DNA of 43,570 nucleotides. Source: Candidatus Woesebacteria bacterium RIFCSPLOWO2_01_FULL_39_10 (GTDB lineage Bacteria > Patescibacteriota > Microgenomatia > UBA8517). Below are positions 1-7,792 of this stretch, in pieces (the first letter of the stretch is position 1; every line of letters begins with the position of its first letter). The notes under the pieces are model-generated. The model ran no database searches, was not told the origin of the DNA, and saw only the letters and a program-made list of their open reading frames with translations. The position numbers and the translations under genes were made by a program. Where the stretch lies: assembly GCA_001793015.1 (NCBI GenBank), contig MGHC01000037.1, positions 85,877 through 129,446 of the forward strand, given 5' to 3'.

Positions 1-603
1 AAGCTTACTATCCCGACACAAAATTATACCCCCAAAGACACTTGATATTACTTTGTCACGACCGAAACTAAAAAAGGACACATCTCCCAACGTACCTAAA
101 AGTTTATTTTTATACTTGCCTCCCAATGATAAAGCACAGTCTTCAATAACAGGAATTTTTCCCTTTCTTGCCAATTTCAATAACTGATCCATATCTGCAG
201 GCATTCCAAATGTATGTTGAACAATTATTGCCTTCGTTTTTTCACTTACCTTTTCACGAAGATTATTTGGGTCCATGTTAAAACCTTCGTCGACATCTAT
301 GTATAGAGGTTTAGCATTTAGCCAAAGCACAGAGTTTGGTACTGCAACACAAGTTAATGCCTGTAATGCTACTTCACCACCACTTACAGCTAAAGTCTTT
401 AGAATTAAGTAGAGTGCGCTGCGGCCACTGTTTACTGCCAATGCTTTATAGTTATTTCCAAAATACTTTGCGAATTCTTTCTCCAGTCTTTCTGTCTTTC
501 GAAAATCAAACCATCTTATGGGAGAAAGAAGTAACTTCAAAGCCAGTAAAACATCGTCCTTCTGAGGGTTTGGGGACAATGAAATGGCAATTGGTCTTTT
601 CAT
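1..603 (-). CDS. DegT/DnrJ/EryC1/StrS-family PLP-dependent (sugar) aminotransferase, N-terminal ~200 aa; the 3' part lies beyond the window edge
   Basis: Not in the ORF track because it runs off the edge. My translation of the minus strand from ATG 603 gives MKRPIAISLSPNPQKDDVLLALKLLLSPIRWFDFRKTERLEKEFAKYFGNNYKALAVNSGRSALYLILKTL...IVQHTFGMPADMDQLLKLARKGKIPVIEDCALSLGGKYKNKLLGTLGDVSFFSFGRDKVISS. The NSGRSAL, EDCA and SF..DK blocks are typical of the family. ATGA start/stop overlap with murF at 600-603. Confidence 0.75.
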   Translation of the reverse strand, partial: MKRPIAISLSPNPQKDDVLLALKLLLSPIRWFDFRKTERLEKEFAKYFGNNYKALAVNSGRSALYLILKTLAVSGGEVALQALTCVAVPNSVLWLNAKPLYIDVDEGFNMDPNNLREKVSEKTKAIIVQHTFGMPADMDQLLKLARKGKIPVIEDCALSLGGKYKNKLLGTLGDVSFFSFGRDKVISSVFGGIILCRDSKL

Positions 604-2192
604 CTTCTTTTCTCTTCTAAATATTTTATTAGTTTAGCAGGTTGTCTCCCCTCCAAAAGAATAACGGATTCGTTTATCTTCTCTAACTCTTGAATTAAGT
701 CTTCTGGTTCATTAACTAAATTAATAGACGTTTTTTGGTTAGCAGTGTCTCTTATTACTCTATGCGCTTCATTGCTTAATACAAATACTTTGTCAACAAC
801 GCCGGTCATCAGGTCTCCTAGTTCTTTGTGAACTTTATCTGAAAGATTTCCTAATTCAATTATTCCGGGTGTAACCACAACTTTCTTTTTGTCTTTAAAT
901 AAGTTCAGATATGTTAAGGCCGCTTCAAAACCTTTCGGGGTAGAGTTATAACTATCATCAACAACAATATTTCCGTTCGCAAGTTCGAAAACATTCATTG
1001 TGTGTTCAGTGTTTGTAAGAGTGGCAACACCTTTTTCAATTTCTCTCCATGAAACGCCCATTATTCTGGCTATAAGTATTGCCCCAGTTAAATTTTCTAT
1101 GAAGTGAACTCCATGAAGGGAAGTTGTAAATTTCCTTCTCTCCTTTCCATCTGTTACTTCAAAGGTTATTCCCCCAACATCAGCGCTAACCACTTTTGAG
1201 CGAAAATCAGCAGTTTTTACTGTATCTTTGTCCTTTAACATATAGTAACCATATGTCTTTAACTCTTTATTTAGTTTTTTTGCCTTTTCCATTAATTCTT
1301 GTGTGTATTTATTTGATAAATTAAAGATTGCTGTTCCACCTTTGGGCAAGGATTCTATAAGTTCAAATTTAGCTTTCTTTATATTCTCAAGGCTTCCAAA
1401 TAAAGAAAGGTGCTGTTCCTCGATGCCAGTAATTACTCCTATTACCGGACTTACAATAGCAGCAAGTTTATTTATCTCTCCAATCTTATAAGCACCCATT
1501 TCAACAATGAAAAACTTTGTATAACTTTTGACATTTTTAAAAGTTTTTCTTGCAATTCCAAACTCCGTATTTTCACTACCTTCTGTTTTTGCAGTTTTAT
1601 ACTTTTGAGATAAAAGGTGGGCAACAAAATCTTTAGTAGTAGTCTTGCCATAACTTCCAGTAATACCAATTACTATAGGCTTAACAGAGGACAAAATTCT
1701 TCTTGCTTCTTTCTTCTCGGTTTCCAGAGTCTTTTTTACTGAAAGGCCAGTTAAAAATACTCCAACAACGGGGCCAATAATTAAAGATAGCTCAGAATAA
1801 AATAACCCTATCCAAAAATCGGTTTTAAGTACAAATAATGTTATAAAAGTACATAGAAAAGAAATTAGACTAATCCTAACTAGCCTTTTCGTAAAAACCG
1901 GCTTTCTCAACCTTCTTTTAATGAAAAGGGTCAGAAAATAAATTAGTAAGAAAAAAATTTCTACTAGATATAAAAATAAAAACGGATTTAAAAAAAAGCC
2001 CACCATAATAACCAAGAATTTGATTAAAGTGTGAATAACAAGAAGTTCCCTCATCCCGTCCTGTGTTTTTAAAAACACAAAAAATCTGTCAAAGCGATAT
2101 TCTTTTGTCTGTATCCAGTAAAGCCAAAGCAAATGTACTCCAACTGCTTGAAGTAAAAATATTATTTTTATTATTAAAGTTTCAGGTACCAT
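600..2192 (-). CDS. murF: MurF-like Mur ligase (UDP-MurNAc-tripeptide--D-Ala-D-Ala ligase type) with an N-terminal polytopic membrane region
   Basis: 530-aa ORF with ATG start. Residues ~170-530 carry the Mur ligase central and C-terminal domains with MurF-type blocks: ITGSYGKTTTK P-loop, GSENTEFG, VEMGAYKIGEI, ITGIEEQHL, DDSYNSTP. Residues 1-~165 are 4-5 hydrophobic helices. Confidence 0.75.
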   Translation of the reverse strand: MVPETLIIKIIFLLQAVGVHLLWLYWIQTKEYRFDRFFVFLKTQDGMRELLVIHTLIKFLVIMVGFFLNPFLFLYLVEIFFLLIYFLTLFIKRRLRKPVFTKRLVRISLISFLCTFITLFVLKTDFWIGLFYSELSLIIGPVVGVFLTGLSVKKTLETEKKEARRILSSVKPIVIGITGSYGKTTTKDFVAHLLSQKYKTAKTEGSENTEFGIARKTFKNVKSYTKFFIVEMGAYKIGEINKLAAIVSPVIGVITGIEEQHLSLFGSLENIKKAKFELIESLPKGGTAIFNLSNKYTQELMEKAKKLNKELKTYGYYMLKDKDTVKTADFRSKVVSADVGGITFEVTDGKERRKFTTSLHGVHFIENLTGAILIARIMGVSWREIEKGVATLTNTEHTMNVFELANGNIVVDDSYNSTPKGFEAALTYLNLFKDKKKVVVTPGIIELGNLSDKVHKELGDLMTGVVDKVFVLSNEAHRVIRDTANQKTSINLVNEPEDLIQELEKINESVILLEGRQPAKLIKYLEEKRR

Positions 2193-2887
2193 TTTTCTAT
2201 TTCCAACGCTAACTTACGGGATTTTTCGTAAGGAAGTTTGTGACCCTGATCTTTATACGTAACTAACTTACTCGTTTTGAGAGCCGACTTTATATAATAT
2301 GCATCGGCAACAGGAGTCACTTTGTCTGAACTTCCCCAAAAGACAAGAACTGGAAGCTTAATTTTTGAAACTAGGGGCTTTAAGTCCTCTGATATTACTT
2401 TTTTAAAAATCTCTTTCATAATTCCTTGTGTTTTCTCGTAGTCGTGTTCCCGCGCCGCTTTATATAATAGTTTCCTAAATCCGTTTGCTATTTGTGGAGT
2501 AATAAGGAAAATCTTTCCTGTTTTTGCAAGAAGCGCAAAAACCAACCTCTTCACAGACTTACCCCGAGAGATTCCGCGAGTAGCACAAAGTATAACTCCG
2601 CTCAGATTTTTTGGGTTTTCAGAAGCTAGTTTTATTACAATGCCTCCACCAAACGAGTGGCCGAAAATATAATATTTATTATTTCCAAATATCTTTTTCG
2701 CTTCGTCAATAACATACTCCGAATATTCCTTAATTCCCCAAACTTCTTTTGGCGCAGGTCTCTCAAAACCAGCCAGCTTTGGTAAAATTACGGTCCAACC
2801 AAATTTTTCGAGTTCCTTTTTTAAAGGTTCAAGTTTGTAGGTTACTGCCCCCCAACCATGCAAAATAATAATGTTTTTATCTTTCAT
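2174..2887 (-). CDS. alpha/beta-fold hydrolase
   Basis: 237 aa. ILHGWG oxyanion-type block, GHSFGG nucleophile elbow (GxSxG), C-terminal D...GH. 19-nt overlap with the murF start. Confidence 0.8.
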   Translation of the reverse strand: MKDKNIIILHGWGAVTYKLEPLKKELEKFGWTVILPKLAGFERPAPKEVWGIKEYSEYVIDEAKKIFGNNKYYIFGHSFGGGIVIKLASENPKNLSGVILCATRGISRGKSVKRLVFALLAKTGKIFLITPQIANGFRKLLYKAAREHDYEKTQGIMKEIFKKVISEDLKPLVSKIKLPVLVFWGSSDKVTPVADAYYIKSALKTSKLVTYKDQGHKLPYEKSRKLALEIEKWYLKL

Positions 2888-2894
2888 CTAACCA

Positions 2895-2903
2895 ATTTTA
2901 CCA
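2895..2903 (-). promoter_or_regulatory. candidate extended -10 (TGGTAAAAT) for the hydrolase-murF-degT operon
   Basis: The minus strand reads ...GATGGTAAAATTGGTTAG-ATG. The hexamer ends 7 nt before the ATG at 2887 and no SD is visible, which is compatible with a leaderless transcript. AT-rich background makes chance matches likely. Confidence 0.3.
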
Positions 2904-2919
2904 TCATTCATGCCCTATT

Positions 2920-2948
2920 TTGTAAATTCATTTCAATTACTATACAAT
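2920..2948 (+). promoter_or_regulatory. candidate sigma70-type promoter for the class IV aminotransferase
   Basis: TTGTAA (2920-2925), 17 nt spacer, TACAAT (2943-2948), 13 nt before the ATG at 2962. Lies in the 74-nt divergent intergenic region. Confidence 0.35.
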
Positions 2949-2961
2949 TCAAAAATCTAAT

Positions 2962-3816
2962 ATGAAGAAATACGAACCAATATGCTATCTTAATGGGAAA
3001 TTTGTCAGGAAAAGTGAGGCCAAGATAAGCTTGTGGGACTTGGGTTTACTAAGAGGTTACGGTGTTTTTGACTTTATCGTAACTTACAAAGGTGGCAAAC
3101 CATTTTTACTTAACAAACACTTAAAAAGACTCATTAATTCCGCAAATCTTATTGGACTAACAATTCCTTGGAAGTTACAAGATTTAGAAAAAAAAGTTAT
3201 CGCAACTGTAGCAAAAAATAAAAATAATAAAGAAAAAGTGGTCAGGATAGTAATTACAGGAGGGGAAACTAAAGATGGAATTAGTATTGGCAGAAAACCA
3301 ACTTTGGCAATATTGGTACAAGCAAGGCACTTTTATCCCGATTCAATATATAAAAAGGGTATCAAAGTAATAACATATGAACATAACCGTGAAGTTCCTC
3401 AAGCGAAAAGCCTAAATTACACACAAGCTGTTAAGGCAGTTTCAGTAGCAAAAAAGAACAAGGCATCTGAAGCAATATATGTTTATAAAAAATTAAACAA
3501 AGTTTATGAAGGAACCCAAAGTAGTTTATTTCTTGTAAGGAAGAAGGAAATAGTCACTCCTGACGGAGAAACACTTCCTGGAATAACAAGAGAACTTATA
3601 TTAAGCATTTGTAAAAAGCTTTATCCCACTTCTATGAGAGAGGTTACAATAAAAGAACTTCTTAACGCAGATGAGTTATTCATTTCAGCCAGTAACAAAG
3701 AAATCCAACCAGTAGTAAAAGTAGATAATAAAGTTATCGGAAAAGGAGTTCCTGGTGAAGTTACTAAAAAAATAATGGCTGAGTTTAGGAAATTTGTGAA
3801 TTCCGGACGTTGGTAA
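2962..3816 (+). CDS. class IV aminotransferase (D-amino-acid / branched-chain amino-acid aminotransferase family)
   Basis: 284 aa. N-terminal YLNGKFV..EAKIS..D.G.LRGYGVFD block, ITGG, and the catalytic-Lys region PQAKSLNY typical of PLP fold-type IV. Only plus-strand gene in the window. Confidence 0.8.
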   Translation: MKKYEPICYLNGKFVRKSEAKISLWDLGLLRGYGVFDFIVTYKGGKPFLLNKHLKRLINSANLIGLTIPWKLQDLEKKVIATVAKNKNNKEKVVRIVITGGETKDGISIGRKPTLAILVQARHFYPDSIYKKGIKVITYEHNREVPQAKSLNYTQAVKAVSVAKKNKASEAIYVYKKLNKVYEGTQSSLFLVRKKEIVTPDGETLPGITRELILSICKKLYPTSMREVTIKELLNADELFISASNKEIQPVVKVDNKVIGKGVPGEVTKKIMAEFRKFVNSGRW

Positions 3817-3863
3817 AGTATCTCAGGATAATATTCTGTTCTGTTGTGGGTTGCATCGTATTT

Positions 3864-3878
3864 CAACCCGTCGGGTTG
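3864..3878. terminator. small hairpin between convergent genes (possible bidirectional terminator)
   Basis: CAACCC-GTC-GGGTTG followed by ATTTATATT. An upstream GGGTTG (3848-3853) could pair alternatively with CAACCC. The stem is short (6 bp) and the U-tract imperfect. Confidence 0.3.
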
Positions 3879-3919
3879 ATTTATATTGTAACCCTTCGGA
3901 TTCTACCGGGGTGGGAATA

Positions 3920-5302
3920 TTACAGACCTGTTTCATTCTTCTTTAACTTCATAACTGCTTCTTTAAACTTTCTTCCCCTCTCTTTATAGTTAGCAAATAT
4001 GTCAAAAGATGCTGTCGCGGGAGATAAAAGAATTACTCCCCCTGTGGGTGTAATTTCTAAACACTTCTTAACAATAGTCTTCATGTCTTTTTTCTCAAAC
4101 CTTAATATTTGACCTTTATATTTACCTTTAACTATGGATTTTTCTATAACCTCTGCAATATCTCCGATGAGTATAGTATTTTTGATATTTGTCCTTTTGG
4201 CAATTTCTTTTCCCATCTCATCATAGTTCAACCCCTTATTTGATCCACCCAGTATTAAGGTAGTTGGTTCCTCGAATGATTTAATCGCAGCAATTGTCGT
4301 TTGAGGGTTTGTAGAAAAAGAGTCGTTGTAAAAAGTTACTCCATTTACCTTGCCGACTAACTCCAACCTGTGTTCTAACCCTTTAAATGAAAACACACTT
4401 TGTTTAATTGAACCGATACTTACCCCGGCAAGGCGAGAAGCGATAATTGAAGCGCAGACATTTTCCCAATTGTGTTCGCCTCTAAGTAATAAATTTTCAA
4501 CTCTCCCTACTTCACTTATCTTCTTTCCAACATCTAGATAAATTATTCCGTTATAAACGTACGCGCCTAGAACTTTTTGTGAATTACTGAAATAAAAAAC
4601 ACTTCCTTTTGTAAGCTCTGAAAAATTTCTTGAATCTTTATGGTCATATGCTAGTACTGAAAAATCCTTTTTTCTTTGATACCTTACAATATTAGTTTTT
4701 GCTTCAACATATTCCATACGATTCTTATGCCAATCCATATGATCTTCTGTAATATTTAAAACTACAGCAATATGTGGACTTTTTGTCATATCAATTAGCT
4801 GGAAGGATGACAATTCCAGAACTACCCAACTTTCTTGTTTTAACTTAGGTAGTAGATCCAGAATTGAAGTACCTATATTTCCGCCTAAATAAGCGTCTTT
4901 ACCGTCGTTTTTCAAAATTTCATAGATTAAAGTACTTGTTGTTCCTTTTCCTTTTGTTCCCGTAACACCAATTATCTTGGCGGGGCATAAATCAAAAAAA
5001 AGCTTTACAACTGATGTAATAACTGCTCCGTCTTCTTCTGCTTTACTAAATTCCGGACGATATCTATACACTCCTGGAGCACGAAAAATAAAATCAAAAT
5101 TATTTAAACCTTTCTTTAGACAATCCTTACCAACAACTAGTTTCACCTTTCTAATTTCAAACCCAGAGAAATTTAGGTCCTTTTTCTCTTTCTGATCAAA
5201 AATGGTTATTTGCCCCCCATGCTTGATCAAATATCTAGAAGCATCCAGCCCATTAATGCCCCATCCAAGTATTGCAACCTTCTTATTTTTAAAATTTGTC
5301 AT
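3920..5302 (-). CDS. murD: UDP-N-acetylmuramoylalanine--D-glutamate ligase
   Basis: N-terminal Rossmann block VAILGWGINGL, P-loop GVTGTKGKGTT, YNDSFSTNP. The ORF track start at 5341 is TTG and overlaps murB. The ATG at 5302 (MTNFKNKKVAILG) lies 4 nt after the murB stop and is preferred. Confidence 0.9.
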   Translation of the reverse strand: MTNFKNKKVAILGWGINGLDASRYLIKHGGQITIFDQKEKKDLNFSGFEIRKVKLVVGKDCLKKGLNNFDFIFRAPGVYRYRPEFSKAEEDGAVITSVVKLFFDLCPAKIIGVTGTKGKGTTSTLIYEILKNDGKDAYLGGNIGTSILDLLPKLKQESWVVLELSSFQLIDMTKSPHIAVVLNITEDHMDWHKNRMEYVEAKTNIVRYQRKKDFSVLAYDHKDSRNFSELTKGSVFYFSNSQKVLGAYVYNGIIYLDVGKKISEVGRVENLLLRGEHNWENVCASIIASRLAGVSIGSIKQSVFSFKGLEHRLELVGKVNGVTFYNDSFSTNPQTTIAAIKSFEEPTTLILGGSNKGLNYDEMGKEIAKRTNIKNTILIGDIAEVIEKSIVKGKYKGQILRFEKKDMKTIVKKCLEITPTGGVILLSPATASFDIFANYKERGRKFKEAVMKLKKNETGL

Positions 5303-5306
5303 CAAT

Positions 5307-6347
5307 CTAAGTAAAACCAATATATTGAACTTCGGGTTCAAGTCTTACTTTAAATATTTCATACACATCTTTAGATATTTGATCAGCTAAGTCTTTTACT
5401 TCTTTCGCGGAGGCCTTACCTTTAGGATTTAAAATTACAAGAGCATTTTTTTCCGACACTTTTGCGTTTTTATAGTTTTTTCCACGCCAACCAGATTTTT
5501 CAACCAACCAACCTGCATAAAGTTTAGCTTTTCCATCATCACTATAATGATAAGGAATATCCTTATATTCTTTTTTTAATTCCTCTAAAACCTCTTTTGC
5601 CACTATTGGGTTTTTGAAAAACGATCCAGCGTTTCCTAACACTTTTGGATCTTCAAGTTTTTGGCCTCTAATTTCAAGGACAGCATTTCTAACCTGAGCA
5701 AGAGTAGGATTTTTTATTTCTTTCTCCTTAAGATAGGAAATCAGTGATTCATAGGTAAGTGTCGGTGCAAGATTCTTTTTAAGTCCCAATGTAATGTTTA
5801 AAATTAAATATCGTCCTTTATTTTTCTTATCCTTAAAAATACTTTCACGATAAGTAAATTTACAATCTTTTTTTTGAAGTACAACAAATTTATTTTCGAA
5901 AAAATCGAAGGCATTAAGTTCTAAAAAGGAATCTTTAAGCTCCTGACCATACGCACCAATGTTTTGTATTGGTGCCGCTCCAACCGATCCGGGAATACCC
6001 GATAGACACTCAACTCCCTGAAGGTTTCTTGAAACACATTCTTTTACTAAATTATCCCAAATCATACCAGCTTCGGCGGTTACAAAAACTCGCTCTCCCT
6101 TTTCTAAAAAAGATAATTTAGCATTTGAATATTTAATCACTAATCCGGAAAAACCCTCGTCGCTAACTAAGATATCGCTTCCGCCTCCAAGGACAAAAAT
6201 AGGAAGATTCTGAGATTTTGCAAAATCAACTACTTCTAAAAGTTCTTTTTTATTATGGACCTGTACAAAATAACTCGCGTAACCGCCAACACGGAATGTG
6301 GTCAAGTCTTTAAGGGGAATATTTTTTTTGATTAATAATTTGGCCAT
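5307..6347 (-). CDS. murB: UDP-N-acetylenolpyruvoylglucosamine reductase
   Basis: 346 aa. FAD-binding domain blocks LKDLTTFRVGG and LGGGSDIL. C-terminal MurB domain with GSFFKNP. Confidence 0.9.
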   Translation of the reverse strand: MAKLLIKKNIPLKDLTTFRVGGYASYFVQVHNKKELLEVVDFAKSQNLPIFVLGGGSDILVSDEGFSGLVIKYSNAKLSFLEKGERVFVTAEAGMIWDNLVKECVSRNLQGVECLSGIPGSVGAAPIQNIGAYGQELKDSFLELNAFDFFENKFVVLQKKDCKFTYRESIFKDKKNKGRYLILNITLGLKKNLAPTLTYESLISYLKEKEIKNPTLAQVRNAVLEIRGQKLEDPKVLGNAGSFFKNPIVAKEVLEELKKEYKDIPYHYSDDGKAKLYAGWLVEKSGWRGKNYKNAKVSEKNALVILNPKGKASAKEVKDLADQISKDVYEIFKVRLEPEVQYIGFT

Positions 6348-6348
6348 T

Positions 6349-7755
6349 TTACAAATTATTTAAAATTTCTCTCGCCCAAATGTAACTTTTTCCCGCACCC
6401 ATCACTAAAATAATATCTCCACGACCTGATTCTTTAGAGAGCACACTAATAATATCCCTCAAATCTTTTTTATAAACAGCATCTTTATGTTCTGACTCAT
6501 TCACAATCGAAATTCCTGTCACTCCAAAAGTTTTTTTGTCTCGGGCTTTGAATATTGGACCAATAATTACCTTATGTGCTTCATCAAAAACACCTTTGTA
6601 ATCTTTAAGAAGTGCATATGTCCTTGAATAAGAGTGTGGCTCGACTACTGCCCAAATTCTTTCTTTTGGATATTTCTGCCTTAAAGCATCAAGCGTAACC
6701 TTTATTGCTGTCGGGTGGTGGGCGTAGTCATCATAAACTTTTATTCCCTTTTTCTCTCCTATCAATTCCAACCTCCTTCCAACTCCTTTAAAGCTAAGTA
6801 GCGTCTTTTGGATATCAGAGTTTTTTATACCATATAATTTTGAGAGAATGATGACCCCCGTTGCATTAGCAATGTTGTATTCACCGGGAATACTTAAATA
6901 ATATACATTATTTAAGTCCAGTTCATCGGATTTGACTTTGAATTTAGTTCCATCTTCAGTCTTTTTTATAACTTCTATTCTTGCGCTTTTATCAATTTTT
7001 AAAGTTGGACTATCAGAAAAAGTGTAACCATATAAATTAATTGAATTAAGAAAGTCCTTCTCTAAAATATTGAAAAGCCATTTAATTCCCACTGAATCCT
7101 GATTCAAAATCAAATTCTTCGTTCCTTGCAGTAGTCTTACAAATTTATAATAGGATTCGATCATGTGTTCTTCTGATCGAAAAAAGTCTGGGTGATCGAA
7201 TTCTATGTTATTAACAATTATCGTTGAAGGTTTGTAACTTAAAAATTTATCATAAAAATCATCGGCTTCGATTATGAAATACTTACTCTTCCCAACTCTA
7301 TAGTTATTATCCCATTTCCTAACTTTTGCACCTATTATCGCGCTGGGATCTAGTCCGGCATTTTCAAAAAGTAGTGCTGCCATACTCGTTGTAGTAGATT
7401 TCCCATGTGTCCCAGTTATGCAAATCGACTCCTTATCTTTCAATAAATACTCGCCCACAAACTTATCCCATATCCTCAAAATACCTAACTTTTTAGCTTT
7501 AGTGTATTCAGGATGGTTTTCGTTTAAGTAAACAACTGCAGGGCTTACTGCCAAAATATCGACACCTTTGAGGTGCTTTGCGTCATGTCCCTTAAAAACC
7601 TCTATTCCACTTTTTTTAACTTTTCCAATGTAGGCTGTATCTTCCTCTAAATTGCAGCCACTTACCTTAAATCCCGCTTTTTTTGCCATCAAAGCAACAC
7701 CTGATAAAGCGCTTCCCCCTATTCCCATGAAGTGAACGTGTAGTTTTTTAACCAT
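6349..7755 (-). CDS. murC: UDP-N-acetylmuramate--L-alanine ligase
   Basis: HFMGIGGSALSG N-terminal motif, P-loop TGTHGKSTTT, DDYAHHP. The track start at 7776 is GTG. The ATG at 7755 (MVKKLHVHFMGIGG) is preferred. Confidence 0.9.
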   Translation of the reverse strand: MVKKLHVHFMGIGGSALSGVALMAKKAGFKVSGCNLEEDTAYIGKVKKSGIEVFKGHDAKHLKGVDILAVSPAVVYLNENHPEYTKAKKLGILRIWDKFVGEYLLKDKESICITGTHGKSTTTSMAALLFENAGLDPSAIIGAKVRKWDNNYRVGKSKYFIIEADDFYDKFLSYKPSTIIVNNIEFDHPDFFRSEEHMIESYYKFVRLLQGTKNLILNQDSVGIKWLFNILEKDFLNSINLYGYTFSDSPTLKIDKSARIEVIKKTEDGTKFKVKSDELDLNNVYYLSIPGEYNIANATGVIILSKLYGIKNSDIQKTLLSFKGVGRRLELIGEKKGIKVYDDYAHHPTAIKVTLDALRQKYPKERIWAVVEPHSYSRTYALLKDYKGVFDEAHKVIIGPIFKARDKKTFGVTGISIVNESEHKDAVYKKDLRDIISVLSKESGRGDIILVMGAGKSYIWAREILNNL

Positions 7756-7792
7756 AGCTAAATTACTATATACCACCTACAAGGTGGCACCT

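Noticed and set aside
1-6. The window starts with AAGCTT (a HindIII site), considered as a possible cloning boundary.
   Set aside because: A single 6-mer at an arbitrary window edge is uninformative. AAGCTT also occurs internally several times.
336-620. A 94-aa plus-strand ORF, and the many other 60-116-aa ORFs in the track that lie opposite or inside larger minus-strand genes (for example 1303..1491, 8037..8300, 12371..12634, 23890..24210, 28986..29336, 40983..41273).
   Set aside because: All are antisense or out-of-frame shadows of well-supported conserved genes. They have low-complexity, Leu/Ser/Phe-rich translations typical of AT-rich shadow frames, with no recognisable motifs.
3817-3919. 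tRNA or riboswitch-like element between the convergent aminotransferase and murD (repeated GGGTTG/CAACCC segments).
   Set aside because: I could not build a cloverleaf, T-loop (GTTCRA) or acceptor/CCA geometry on either strand. The segments are short and consistent with simple terminator hairpins.
5303-5341. Long N-terminal extensions given by the ORF track for murD (TTG 5341), murC (GTG 7776), murE (GTG 9400), EamA (GTG 17390), the Wzy_C-like gene (TTG 32898), GT2 (TTG 33805) and GT-C (ATG 40884).
   Set aside because: In each case an ATG further in begins exactly at the conserved N-terminal motif or signal-anchor. It also removes or shortens the overlap with the upstream gene. The extensions have no homology-like features.
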